A DNA stretch of 64,000 bases from Thalia democratica (taxonomy: Eukaryota), in NCBI GenBank assembly GCA_965202585.1, contig OZ241834.1, positions 20,770,001-20,834,000 of the forward strand, given 5' to 3'. Both the position numbers and the translations under genes were made by a program. Below are positions 36,816-47,757 of the stretch, piece after piece. The notes beneath the pieces are model-generated. The model did no database searches, was not told the origin of the DNA, and saw only the letters and a list, made by a program, of their open reading frames with translations. The stretch's first letter is position 1, and every line of letters begins with the position of its first letter.

Positions 36816-39341
36816 TTAATAGATTGTTAATAACTTTGTTTTGCCATTTAATGCTACTTGCGTATTTAAGTTAGGTCGCTCTTCTTCAATCAATATTGAT
36901 TCCAGGCTGTAAAGTTCGCTTTTCTTACATCGTTTTAAAACTTTAAAATTTTGAACAATGTCAGAGTTTTGACAGGATGTGCAATTAAAAAGATGTTCAA
37001 ATATTGCGCTGTTTTTATCTGTTCCGCAGTGGTCTGTAATTCGTCGGAATATTTGCCGTGATGTTTCTCCAATGTAAGAGATGCTCTGATCTGCAGAGCA
37101 GGTATATTTATAAATAACATTTGCGTCAAATACTTCCGAACATTTACTTTTGTTGCTGAAGTAGTCAGAAACCTTTTTGCTGGTGTAGGCCGGTTTAATA
37201 CTAATGTTGTGTTTTTGAAATATGGATGCTATTCGTTTTTGGAACCTTATTGAACAGCTTCCAACGTAAACTGTTGTGAAATAAGCGTAGTTTTCGGTTT
37301 CTATTTTCTTTTCATTTTTTGTGTTAATATTTTCATTTTGTTTAAATGTTGAATTGTCGATTTTGTGAGCTTCAAGAAATTTGTTGATTTTGGACTTTAT
37401 AAGGTTTATTGGATACTGATTCTTGAGTAATAAGTTTTCAATTTTTGTAAGTTCATCTTTAAAAGCGGTAAAATTTGAGCATATATTAAGCGCTCTGTTT
37501 AGATAAAAGTTTATTAAACCGAGTTTCCAAGATTTAGGACAAATACTAGTATATTGCATAATTAGACCTGTGTCTGTTGGTTTTCTGTACACATTTGTGT
37601 GTAGTTGGTTTGATATTTGTTTTACTTCAGTGTCGAGAAACGGTAGTTTTCCGTCAACGGATCTTTCTAGAGTGAATTCTAAGTTTGGGTGTAGAGTATT
37701 CATTTCATGATAGAAGTTTGTTAGTTCAGTTTGGTCTTGTGTGACAACGAATATATCATCTACATACCTTGTGTAGAATAGAGGTTTTGTTTTTGAATTT
37801 GTTTGTAATTGGTAATTTTCTTTTGATGCTACAAACCAATTGGCTAGGATTGGGGCTAATGGGCTGCCCATTGCAACACCGTCTATTTGTTTGTAGACTT
37901 TTTCACCATAAAGGAAAATACTTTGGGAGCACAACTGTAAAATTTTTCTTAATATATTTTTAGTAATTTTAGTTTCTTTAAAAATTGATTTGATATTTGT
38001 GTCATAAATTGTTGTTAATATGTCTTCAATTACTTCTTTTAGCGGAACGTGTGTATATAGGCTTTTGATGTCTAAACTAGCAAAAGCGTTTGAGTGTTTT
38101 ATATTTAGCTTGGATATTTTGTTAACAAATTCATTTGATGATGAAACGCTATATTTGTCATACAAGCAACTTTTTATTTGTTTTTCTAACCATTTAGCTA
38201 GATTGTACTCTGGGGTGTTGATAGCTGATAATACTGGCCTTATTGGATAATTTTCTTTGTGCGTTTTTACTACACCATATAATTTGCCTGGTTGTGAGCC
38301 TCGTGGATAAATATTGTAATAGGTTTTTTGGTTAACTATGTTTTTAATATAATTTCTGCAATAATAAATGACTTTGTTTTCTTGTATAATCCATGGGGCT
38401 AATTTACATTCTTTTGTGTTTACGGAATTAAGATTATACTTTATTTCTTCAAAACGGTTTTTGTCTAGAACAATTTTATCTAACTTTTTAAAATAATCTG
38501 ACTTATTTAAGACGACAACTCCATTACCTTTATCCATTTTGCATACAATTATTGATGAGTTTTTTGAAAGATTACTAAGTGTTTTATGTATTAATTGGTT
38601 TGGTCTGGCTTCACATTTGTTTTGTGCATCATTAATAAACTTTTCTGTTGTGTCACGAAGATCAATTTTGTCATTAAAGGTTAGGTTAATTTTGTTACTC
38701 GTTGAGATTTTTCTTATTTGAGTGTCAATATTGGCGCGTAGTTTAACTTTGTCTATGCTTTTTGGTAAAATACTATGTTTAAGTCCATATTTAAGAGCGT
38801 TGTTTTCAGTAAGAGTGAGTTTTTTTGAGCTAATATTTACGATAGTTTTTGGTAAGTTTTTGTTATTCTTAATCCATAAATTATAAAGCTTTTTGTTGTG
38901 TCTTTCAATTATGCTCTTTTTATAGTTAGATATTGAATTATTTCTTAGATTATTTTTAAACACAATGAATTTAAATGTACTTGTTTTAGCTTTTAGTGAC
39001 TGATAAATTTGTTTGAACTCACGTTTTTTTGTTTTCAATTCATTAATAATTAGTTTTCTTTGATCCGATACTACCTTTAGTTGGTAATCTTGTTGTCTGT
39101 AGACTTCTAAATCTGGTGGATTAAACTTTAAAAATGCTGGTATGAGCTTCATTTCCAAACATTTGTCAAAATATTTTGCATCTAGTTTTAATTTGGTTAC
39201 TTTTTGGTAAAGTTTTTCAAAACTTCTTAACTCTTTTAATTGTATACCTTCGCATGCTGCAATTCTTTTCATAAGTACTATTGTAGGAAGGTTTTTGAAT
39301 GTATTTATATACCATTTGCAACTTAATACCAATAGGTTCAT
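36816..39341 (-). CDS. Penelope-like RT + GIY-YIG endonuclease, full-length, 841 aa
   Basis: RT motifs KLYGVVKTHK, LDIKSLYT, GVAMGSPLAP, RYVDDIF, LPFLD; GIY-YIG VIYKYTC...YIGETSR..RR..H; translation identical to 41688-44213. Confidence 0.95.
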   Translation of the reverse strand: MNLLVLSCKWYINTFKNLPTIVLMKRIAACEGIQLKELRSFEKLYQKVTKLKLDAKYFDKCLEMKLIPAFLKFNPPDLEVYRQQDYQLKVVSDQRKLIINELKTKKREFKQIYQSLKAKTSTFKFIVFKNNLRNNSISNYKKSIIERHNKKLYNLWIKNNKNLPKTIVNISSKKLTLTENNALKYGLKHSILPKSIDKVKLRANIDTQIRKISTSNKINLTFNDKIDLRDTTEKFINDAQNKCEARPNQLIHKTLSNLSKNSSIIVCKMDKGNGVVVLNKSDYFKKLDKIVLDKNRFEEIKYNLNSVNTKECKLAPWIIQENKVIYYCRNYIKNIVNQKTYYNIYPRGSQPGKLYGVVKTHKENYPIRPVLSAINTPEYNLAKWLEKQIKSCLYDKYSVSSSNEFVNKISKLNIKHSNAFASLDIKSLYTHVPLKEVIEDILTTIYDTNIKSIFKETKITKNILRKILQLCSQSIFLYGEKVYKQIDGVAMGSPLAPILANWFVASKENYQLQTNSKTKPLFYTRYVDDIFVVTQDQTELTNFYHEMNTLHPNLEFTLERSVDGKLPFLDTEVKQISNQLHTNVYRKPTDTGLIMQYTSICPKSWKLGLINFYLNRALNICSNFTAFKDELTKIENLLLKNQYPINLIKSKINKFLEAHKIDNSTFKQNENINTKNEKKIETENYAYFTTVYVGSCSIRFQKRIASIFQKHNISIKPAYTSKKVSDYFSNKSKCSEVFDANVIYKYTCSADQSISYIGETSRQIFRRITDHCGTDKNSAIFEHLFNCTSCQNSDIVQNFKVLKRCKKSELYSLESILIEEERPNLNTQVALNGKTKLLTIY

Positions 39342-39355
39342 TTTGTTTTTTATAT

Positions 39356-39411
39356 TTTATTACACAAAGCTTTTCAAAATCATGCAAGATTTCTTTGTCA
39401 AGTGATAAATT
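39356..39411 (-). ncRNA. Candidate variant minimal hammerhead ribozyme in PLE UTR (copy 2 of 4)
   Basis: Same motif, one unit (2725 bp) from copy 1. Confidence 0.42.
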
Positions 39412-39706
39412 TTAAATGAAATTTGAAAAAATTTTCGTTGAGTGAATAGCTTAAAAAATAACTTTTAATTATGACGTATGAATAAATTAAAACAAATACA
39501 AAAATTAGAGATTCAGTAATTAAAACTAAAGGCATGTTTATTAATAGATTGTTAATAACTTTGTTTTGCCATTTAATGCTACTTGCGTATTTAAGTTAGG
39601 TCGCTCTTCTTCAATCAATATTGATTCCAGGCTGTAAAGTTCGCTTTTCTTACATCGTTTTAAAACTTTAAAATTTTGAACAATGTCAGAGTTTTGACAG
39701 GATGTG

Positions 39707-41488
39707 CAATTAATACATAAAACACTTAGTAATCTTTCAAAAAACTCATCAATAATTGTATGCAAAATGGATAAAGGTAATGGAGTTGTCGTCTTAAATA
39801 AGTCAGATTATTTTAAAAAGTTAGATAAAATTGTTCTAGACAAAAACCGTTTTGAAGAAATAAAGTATAATCTTAATTCCGTAAACACAAAAGAATGTAA
39901 ATTAGCCCCATGGATTATACAAGAAAACAAAGTCATTTATTATTGCAGAAATTATATTAAAAACATAGTTAACCAAAAAACCTATTACAATATTTATCCA
40001 CGAGGCTCACAACCAGGCAAATTATATGGTGTAGTAAAAACGCACAAAGAAAATTATCCAATAAGGCCAGTATTATCAGCTATCAACACCCCAGAGTACA
40101 ATCTAGCTAAATGGTTAGAAAAACAAATAAAAAGTTGCTTGTATGACAAATATAGCGTTTCATCATCAAATGAATTTGTTAACAAAATATCCAAGCTAAA
40201 TATAAAACACTCAAACGCTTTTGCTAGTTTAGACATCAAAAGCCTATATACACACGTTCCGCTAAAAGAAGTAATTGAAGACATATTAACAACAATTTAT
40301 GACACAAATATCAAATCAATTTTTAAAGAAACTAAAATTACTAAAAATATATTAAGAAAAATTTTACAGTTGTGCTCCCAAAGTATTTTCCTTTATGGTG
40401 AAAAAGTCTACAAACAAATAGACGGTGTTGCAATGGGCAGCCCATTAGCCCCAATCCTAGCCAATTGGTTTGTAGCATCAAAAGAAAATTACCAATTACA
40501 AACAAATTCAAAAACAAAACCTCTATTCTACACAAGGTATGTAGATGATATATTCGTTGTCACACAAGACCAAACTGAACTAACAAACTTCTATCATGAA
40601 ATGAATACTCTACACCCAAACTTAGAATTCACTCTAGAAAGATCCGTTGACGGAAAACTACCGTTTCTCGACACTGAAGTAAAACAAATATCAAACCAAC
40701 TACACACAAATGTGTACAGAAAACCAACAGACACAGGTCTAATTATGCAATATACTAGTATTTGTCCTAAATCTTGGAAACTCGGTTTAATAAACTTTTA
40801 TCTAAACAGAGCGCTTAATATATGCTCAAATTTTACCGCTTTTAAAGATGAACTTACAAAAATTGAAAACTTATTACTCAAGAATCAGTATCCAATAAAC
40901 CTTATAAAGTCCAAAATCAACAAATTTCTTGAAGCTCACAAAATCGACAATTCAACATTTAAACAAAATGAAAATATTAACACAAAAAATGAAAAGAAAA
41001 TAGAAACCGAAAACTACGCTTATTTCACAACAGTTTACGTTGGAAGCTGTTCAATAAGGTTCCAAAAACGAATAGCATCCATATTTCAAAAACACAACAT
41101 TAGTATTAAACCGGCCTACACCAGCAAAAAGGTTTCTGACTACTTCAGCAACAAAAGTAAATGTTCGGAAGTATTTGACGCAAATGTTATTTATAAATAT
41201 ACCTGCTCTGCAGATCAGAGCATCTCTTACATTGGAGAAACATCACGGCAAATATTCCGACGAATTACAGACCACTGCGGAACAGATAAAAACAGCGCAA
41301 TATTTGAACATCTTTTTAATTGCACATCCTGTCAAAACTCTGACATTGTTCAAAATTTTAAAGTTTTAAAACGATGTAAGAAAAGCGAACTTTACAGCCT
41401 GGAATCAATATTGATTGAAGAAGAGCGACCTAACTTAAATACGCAAGTAGCATTAAATGGCAAAACAAAGTTATTAACAATCTATTAA
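39707..41488 (+). CDS. 5'-truncated PLE ORF retaining RT and GIY-YIG domains
   Basis: Identical to the C-terminal ~590 aa of the full ORF; the track start (39704) is a GTG created at the inversion junction, and the first real ATG is MDKGNG. Confidence 0.85.
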   Translation, partial: QLIHKTLSNLSKNSSIIVCKMDKGNGVVVLNKSDYFKKLDKIVLDKNRFEEIKYNLNSVNTKECKLAPWIIQENKVIYYCRNYIKNIVNQKTYYNIYPRGSQPGKLYGVVKTHKENYPIRPVLSAINTPEYNLAKWLEKQIKSCLYDKYSVSSSNEFVNKISKLNIKHSNAFASLDIKSLYTHVPLKEVIEDILTTIYDTNIKSIFKETKITKNILRKILQLCSQSIFLYGEKVYKQIDGVAMGSPLAPILANWFVASKENYQLQTNSKTKPLFYTRYVDDIFVVTQDQTELTNFYHEMNTLHPNLEFTLERSVDGKLPFLDTEVKQISNQLHTNVYRKPTDTGLIMQYTSICPKSWKLGLINFYLNRALNICSNFTAFKDELTKIENLLLKNQYPINLIKSKINKFLEAHKIDNSTFKQNENINTKNEKKIETENYAYFTTVYVGSCSIRFQKRIASIFQKHNISIKPAYTSKKVSDYFSNKSKCSEVFDANVIYKYTCSADQSISYIGETSRQIFRRITDHCGTDKNSAIFEHLFNCTSCQNSDIVQNFKVLKRCKKSELYSLESILIEEERPNLNTQVALNGKTKLLTIY

Positions 41489-41620
41489 TAAACATGCCTT
41501 TAGTTTTAATTACTGAATCTCTAATTTTTGTATTTGTTTTAATTTATTCATACGTCATAATTAAAAGTTATTTTTTAAGCTATTCACTCAACGAAAATTT
41601 TTTCAAATTTCATTTAAAAT

Positions 41621-41672
41621 TTATCACTTGACAAAGAAATCTTGCATGATTTTGAAAAGCTTTGTGTAATAA
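41621..41672 (+). ncRNA. Candidate variant minimal hammerhead ribozyme in PLE UTR (copy 3 of 4)
   Basis: TTATCAC-TTGACAA (U3/A8 variant of CUGANGA)-stem II GAAATC/GATTTT-GAAA-palindromic AAGCTT-GTG; lies in the repeated UTR where PLE hammerheads are known to occur. The cleavage triplet would be UUU and stem I is short. Confidence 0.45.
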
Positions 41673-41687
41673 AATATAAAAAACAAA

Positions 41688-44213
41688 ATGAACCTATTGG
41701 TATTAAGTTGCAAATGGTATATAAATACATTCAAAAACCTTCCTACAATAGTACTTATGAAAAGAATTGCAGCATGCGAAGGTATACAATTAAAAGAGTT
41801 AAGAAGTTTTGAAAAACTTTACCAAAAAGTAACCAAATTAAAACTAGATGCAAAATATTTTGACAAATGTTTGGAAATGAAGCTCATACCAGCATTTTTA
41901 AAGTTTAATCCACCAGATTTAGAAGTCTACAGACAACAAGATTACCAACTAAAGGTAGTATCGGATCAAAGAAAACTAATTATTAATGAATTGAAAACAA
42001 AAAAACGTGAGTTCAAACAAATTTATCAGTCACTAAAAGCTAAAACAAGTACATTTAAATTCATTGTGTTTAAAAATAATCTAAGAAATAATTCAATATC
42101 TAACTATAAAAAGAGCATAATTGAAAGACACAACAAAAAGCTTTATAATTTATGGATTAAGAATAACAAAAACTTACCAAAAACTATCGTAAATATTAGC
42201 TCAAAAAAACTCACTCTTACTGAAAACAACGCTCTTAAATATGGACTTAAACATAGTATTTTACCAAAAAGCATAGACAAAGTTAAACTACGCGCCAATA
42301 TTGACACTCAAATAAGAAAAATCTCAACGAGTAACAAAATTAACCTAACCTTTAATGACAAAATTGATCTTCGTGACACAACAGAAAAGTTTATTAATGA
42401 TGCACAAAACAAATGTGAAGCCAGACCAAACCAATTAATACATAAAACACTTAGTAATCTTTCAAAAAACTCATCAATAATTGTATGCAAAATGGATAAA
42501 GGTAATGGAGTTGTCGTCTTAAATAAGTCAGATTATTTTAAAAAGTTAGATAAAATTGTTCTAGACAAAAACCGTTTTGAAGAAATAAAGTATAATCTTA
42601 ATTCCGTAAACACAAAAGAATGTAAATTAGCCCCATGGATTATACAAGAAAACAAAGTCATTTATTATTGCAGAAATTATATTAAAAACATAGTTAACCA
42701 AAAAACCTATTACAATATTTATCCACGAGGCTCACAACCAGGCAAATTATATGGTGTAGTAAAAACGCACAAAGAAAATTATCCAATAAGGCCAGTATTA
42801 TCAGCTATCAACACCCCAGAGTACAATCTAGCTAAATGGTTAGAAAAACAAATAAAAAGTTGCTTGTATGACAAATATAGCGTTTCATCATCAAATGAAT
42901 TTGTTAACAAAATATCCAAGCTAAATATAAAACACTCAAACGCTTTTGCTAGTTTAGACATCAAAAGCCTATATACACACGTTCCGCTAAAAGAAGTAAT
43001 TGAAGACATATTAACAACAATTTATGACACAAATATCAAATCAATTTTTAAAGAAACTAAAATTACTAAAAATATATTAAGAAAAATTTTACAGTTGTGC
43101 TCCCAAAGTATTTTCCTTTATGGTGAAAAAGTCTACAAACAAATAGACGGTGTTGCAATGGGCAGCCCATTAGCCCCAATCCTAGCCAATTGGTTTGTAG
43201 CATCAAAAGAAAATTACCAATTACAAACAAATTCAAAAACAAAACCTCTATTCTACACAAGGTATGTAGATGATATATTCGTTGTCACACAAGACCAAAC
43301 TGAACTAACAAACTTCTATCATGAAATGAATACTCTACACCCAAACTTAGAATTCACTCTAGAAAGATCCGTTGACGGAAAACTACCGTTTCTCGACACT
43401 GAAGTAAAACAAATATCAAACCAACTACACACAAATGTGTACAGAAAACCAACAGACACAGGTCTAATTATGCAATATACTAGTATTTGTCCTAAATCTT
43501 GGAAACTCGGTTTAATAAACTTTTATCTAAACAGAGCGCTTAATATATGCTCAAATTTTACCGCTTTTAAAGATGAACTTACAAAAATTGAAAACTTATT
43601 ACTCAAGAATCAGTATCCAATAAACCTTATAAAGTCCAAAATCAACAAATTTCTTGAAGCTCACAAAATCGACAATTCAACATTTAAACAAAATGAAAAT
43701 ATTAACACAAAAAATGAAAAGAAAATAGAAACCGAAAACTACGCTTATTTCACAACAGTTTACGTTGGAAGCTGTTCAATAAGGTTCCAAAAACGAATAG
43801 CATCCATATTTCAAAAACACAACATTAGTATTAAACCGGCCTACACCAGCAAAAAGGTTTCTGACTACTTCAGCAACAAAAGTAAATGTTCGGAAGTATT
43901 TGACGCAAATGTTATTTATAAATATACCTGCTCTGCAGATCAGAGCATCTCTTACATTGGAGAAACATCACGGCAAATATTCCGACGAATTACAGACCAC
44001 TGCGGAACAGATAAAAACAGCGCAATATTTGAACATCTTTTTAATTGCACATCCTGTCAAAACTCTGACATTGTTCAAAATTTTAAAGTTTTAAAACGAT
44101 GTAAGAAAAGCGAACTTTACAGCCTGGAATCAATATTGATTGAAGAAGAGCGACCTAACTTAAATACGCAAGTAGCATTAAATGGCAAAACAAAGTTATT
44201 AACAATCTATTAA
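41688..44213 (+). CDS. Penelope-like RT + GIY-YIG endonuclease, full-length, 841 aa
   Basis: Same motifs as 36816-39341; open frame, identical translation. Confidence 0.95.
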   Translation: MNLLVLSCKWYINTFKNLPTIVLMKRIAACEGIQLKELRSFEKLYQKVTKLKLDAKYFDKCLEMKLIPAFLKFNPPDLEVYRQQDYQLKVVSDQRKLIINELKTKKREFKQIYQSLKAKTSTFKFIVFKNNLRNNSISNYKKSIIERHNKKLYNLWIKNNKNLPKTIVNISSKKLTLTENNALKYGLKHSILPKSIDKVKLRANIDTQIRKISTSNKINLTFNDKIDLRDTTEKFINDAQNKCEARPNQLIHKTLSNLSKNSSIIVCKMDKGNGVVVLNKSDYFKKLDKIVLDKNRFEEIKYNLNSVNTKECKLAPWIIQENKVIYYCRNYIKNIVNQKTYYNIYPRGSQPGKLYGVVKTHKENYPIRPVLSAINTPEYNLAKWLEKQIKSCLYDKYSVSSSNEFVNKISKLNIKHSNAFASLDIKSLYTHVPLKEVIEDILTTIYDTNIKSIFKETKITKNILRKILQLCSQSIFLYGEKVYKQIDGVAMGSPLAPILANWFVASKENYQLQTNSKTKPLFYTRYVDDIFVVTQDQTELTNFYHEMNTLHPNLEFTLERSVDGKLPFLDTEVKQISNQLHTNVYRKPTDTGLIMQYTSICPKSWKLGLINFYLNRALNICSNFTAFKDELTKIENLLLKNQYPINLIKSKINKFLEAHKIDNSTFKQNENINTKNEKKIETENYAYFTTVYVGSCSIRFQKRIASIFQKHNISIKPAYTSKKVSDYFSNKSKCSEVFDANVIYKYTCSADQSISYIGETSRQIFRRITDHCGTDKNSAIFEHLFNCTSCQNSDIVQNFKVLKRCKKSELYSLESILIEEERPNLNTQVALNGKTKLLTIY

Positions 44214-44345
44214 TAAACATGCCTTTAGTTTTAATTACTGAATCTCTAATTTTTGTATTTGTTTTAATTTATTCATACGTCATAATTAAAAGTTATTTTT
44301 TAAGCTATTCACTCAACGAAAATTTTTTCAAATTTCATTTAAAAT

Positions 44346-44397
44346 TTATCACTTGACAAAGAAATCTTGCATGATTTTGAAAAGCTTTGTGTAATAA
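44346..44397 (+). ncRNA. Candidate variant minimal hammerhead ribozyme in PLE UTR (copy 4 of 4)
   Basis: Identical to 41621-41672. Confidence 0.45.
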
Positions 44398-44452
44398 AAT
44401 ATAAAAAACAAAATGAACCTATTGGTATTAAGTTGCAAATGGTATATAAATA

Positions 44453-44468
44453 CATGAAATTACTATTG
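44453..44468. other. Right target-site duplication (16 bp)
   Basis: CATGAAATTACTATTG, identical to 36543-36558. Confidence 0.9.
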
Positions 44469-47400
44469 ACAAGTTTTAAGTCTTTTAGGGTTTTATATTT
44501 GTTAGCTGATTTGTTTTCTAAATGACGTGGGAATATTAAAATCAACTTGTAACATAATTAAAAGTTTGAGAAATGCTGCAGAAAAAGCGTAAAAAGTTTT
44601 CACATATATAAGCAACAAAGTATTAACTTTCCTAAAATTTTATAACCTGCTATATTTGAGACACATAAGACTTTTTCTATAAGCAGAAAATCCTTTAAAT
44701 CAATGTAAAGTTTAGTCTTTTTTAACCAACTTATAAAATTTTTAAAAAACCTTCAAAACTAATTTTATTTTTGTAACATCTTCGATCAAGTTTATTCATT
44801 ATCAATAAATTCATTAAGAAGTTATGAAAATTTATAAACGTTTCTTTTTATTTGATTTAGTTTTAAATTAAGTTTTATAAAAAATTAATTAATTGCATAG
44901 TTTCATTTTATTTCAGAGTTAATCATTTTTTTAAATTATTTTGATTATTACACAATCCAAAACAAGCATTTTTTTGTCAAAAAAAACTTAAAAACTGTCA
45001 CTTGTAACTTTTTTTTCTCTTCCCTTATTAAAAACTACGGTGTACGGAATCAACAAAAAAAATAATTTAAAAAAATATATATGTATATATTAAAGTTGCT
45101 ACTCATCCAGACAAAAAAAAACCAGCCTGTGTGACAAGAAGCTAGACTGAGTTTATAAAGAAACGAAACCTGTTTAACGACCATAATAAAATCCCTTAAA
45201 GTTTACAGATGACTATTACATAAAAACCATGACCTAGTATTAACAACCTCTTTACCAAAACGTTCAGCCAGACCGGACAAACTAACGGCTGGCAAGGAGG
45301 TTAATCCCCTCGGTTGCAAGTCTGACTTCAACAGTTAGAGCTTTATTATGTTAATAATACTATACCATGAAAACAAAAGATGTTACTTTACCACTTGAAC
45401 CAAATAATACTTGTTTAAGTTATTAAAATTTTTATTTATTATATCTTATTCTATTCTTAAAAAACATTTTGGAGTTTTTAATAAATTTAATATGAATATT
45501 TATTATTGTATTTCTTGAAGTTTAATTTTTTTATTAAACGTTTAGAAATTAAAGTGTTAATAAAAAATGTTAATGTAAGTAACCTTCTCATAAATGAAAA
45601 TTTAAAGATATTTTAGTTTAGTTAAAAAACAGTGATCTTGTTAAGTATTAAATAAGGTGGATATAAATCTTTAGTATTAGTTTTTAATTATTTTTTTCCA
45701 ACTAAAACATTTAGCGATACCTTATAATTACTGTACATAAAAAACTGTAAGTTACTAGTTTTAAGTGTTGTTGTACGTAACACTTAGCTAAAAACAACTT
45801 TGTTGGTATTAAAAGATGTAATTTTAAACAAATTTTAAAGAAATAAAACTTCTTATTTAGATAGTATTTAGTATTTATGCTTTTAAACAAAAAACTTTCA
45901 AAAACTTATATTTTCGAATGTTTATAAACAAGCTATGTCTTTGCTGAGTTTTAAACGTAACTAAAAAATTGATTTATTATAACAATGTAGCTTAAAATAC
46001 GTGGTATTTTTTGCCGGTGATCATAAGTTTTAGTAAGCTTAACAAATATGTAAATATTTACATCATACAGTTTGAAAATATCAGTAAATATTTCAACTGT
46101 ACAACTGGGAGCCTTTTTTGAACAAAAGTTTAGTTAGTTCTAAATTGACTTTAAAGTTGTAAGCTTTCAGTTAAACTACAAACCTGTATTTCAAAAAAAA
46201 AAGGTTTGAGCAAGGTTTAGTGTGACCAAAAGGTAAACTTTAATATTTATTTCTACAATTTATTTTTTTAGCACATTCTTAATTTGTTTTGAAACTTTGA
46301 TAATGTAATCAAGAACATACTCTTTTTTAAAATTGGATTTGATATTTTGTCTAAAATATTAAACTTTAGCGAGTAAATATAGTATTACTGTAGCTTCTAC
46401 ACTGGTTTAATTTAAATAATAAAAGTTTTAAGTATATGTTTTTAATTATTTTTCAAGACACAGAAACATGTGCTAGTGTAATAAAGAAAGGATACTGTTT
46501 AAATTTGTTATTATTGTATGTTCCAGTGAACTTGTTTCGCTAGGATCTTTATTAGGAAACGCTTAGATTTTTATATTGAATATAATTTAAGTAAAAATTT
46601 CACGAAAGCTATTGCAAAAGCCTACTGTCTTAGCACTAAATTAATTTACTGGAATAAAAAAATGTTTTTTTTAATACCTTTTTTTGGTTTTAATTTGTTG
46701 CAAAAACAAAATTAAAAGAAAACTAACGAGAAGAATACTAAGAGTTGAAACATTGGCAAGCCAGTAATTTTTATTCTGCGGCCAGGTTCGGCCCTTGAGA
46801 CGTACGTTGCCCCACTTCTACTTTAAAGCGCATTTGAAATTTTTTCTCATTCGACGTCTTATTTAGTTAATTAAGATAATCCATAACTTACAAACTGTTT
46901 TCTTACATCAAAATTTTAAATTAAATGCAAAATGATTTTACTCACATACCATTAAGTTCTAACTTATTTTGGTTGTTAATCTGTTCATACAGTCAAACGA
47001 TTTATTAAGATCTAGTTAAACTATACAAAATTATTTACCCTTGTCAAGATATAGCACCCTCAACAATGTCAGAAGATGTAAGTCAATAACATCACTAAGT
47101 TAACCTACAACTTCTAAATCAATATTAAGGTGTTTTGAAATATCAATCTCGATAAAAAAACTAGACAAACTACTGTATCTGATTATTTCAACTATTGTAT
47201 TTAAATTTGACAAAGTTGAAATTAACTTTTAGTTTCCCGGCAATGATTTTTTATCTTATGTTAAACACTGATGTTAGTTTAGTTAATTTTAAGCAATTTG
47301 AATACTTTCTTTCAAAAATCGCACAATTTATGAAATCATTAAGTACTGGAGCTCACTATAAAATAGTTTTTTTCGAGTTATAAAGTAAAAACAAATTTTC

Positions 47401-47757
47401 ACTTAATTCAACTAAACTCAAGCTATGTGAATTAAATTTGATGACAGAAGAGAAAAAACTGTTAGCAGCTCAACTTACCTAACTATTAAAATACTTAAGG
47501 TAAAAAAAAAATTGAAAAAATTAAATTCAGTTCTATACAAAATATATTTATGTTACTATGAATTTATTTTTAATAAGAAATAAAAGAAAAATTTTGCAAG
47601 CCCAATTTGCAGTACCAACCAGACAAAATTTTACATTTAATCTAAAAATAATTAGTTAGAATTTAAATTAAAGAACAAGTTAAGAGTGCTAGTAGTTAAA
47701 AAAGCTAATTGATTAGCTTAATTTCGAGTAGAAACCTACTCTCAATGTTGAGTCATG

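Larger units (their letters stand above)
36559..44452. mobile_element. Composite Penelope-like retroelement insertion: minus-strand arm 36559-39713 (~1.16 units) and plus-strand arm 39707-44455 (~1.74 units), unit 2725 bp
   Basis: Repeated ORF + 199-bp UTR units (ATG at 41688 and 44413); inversion junction with 7-bp microhomology CAATTAA (39707-39713); 16-bp TSD. Confidence 0.93.

Noticed and set aside
39541-39765. 74-aa minus-strand ORF with a PLE C-terminus
   Set aside because: Chance fusion across the inversion junction; not an independent gene.
36559-44452. Whole PLE palindrome as a pure assembly artefact
   Set aside because: A fold-back chimera would not produce a 16-bp TSD, different 3' end points and a cleanly interrupted host repeat; still to be confirmed with spanning reads.
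45270-45345. tRNA-like sequence on the minus strand (GTCAGACTTGCAACCGAGGGGATT)
   Set aside because: Anticodon and acceptor stems do not pair convincingly; at most a decayed SINE head.
46785-46828. Possible hAT MITE end (GCGGCC...GTTGCCCACTTCTA)
   Set aside because: Too short and degenerate; no partner TIR or TSD.
47050-47090. Possible orphan first exon ATGTCAGAAGAT|GTAAGT
   Set aside because: No compatible downstream exon chain found.
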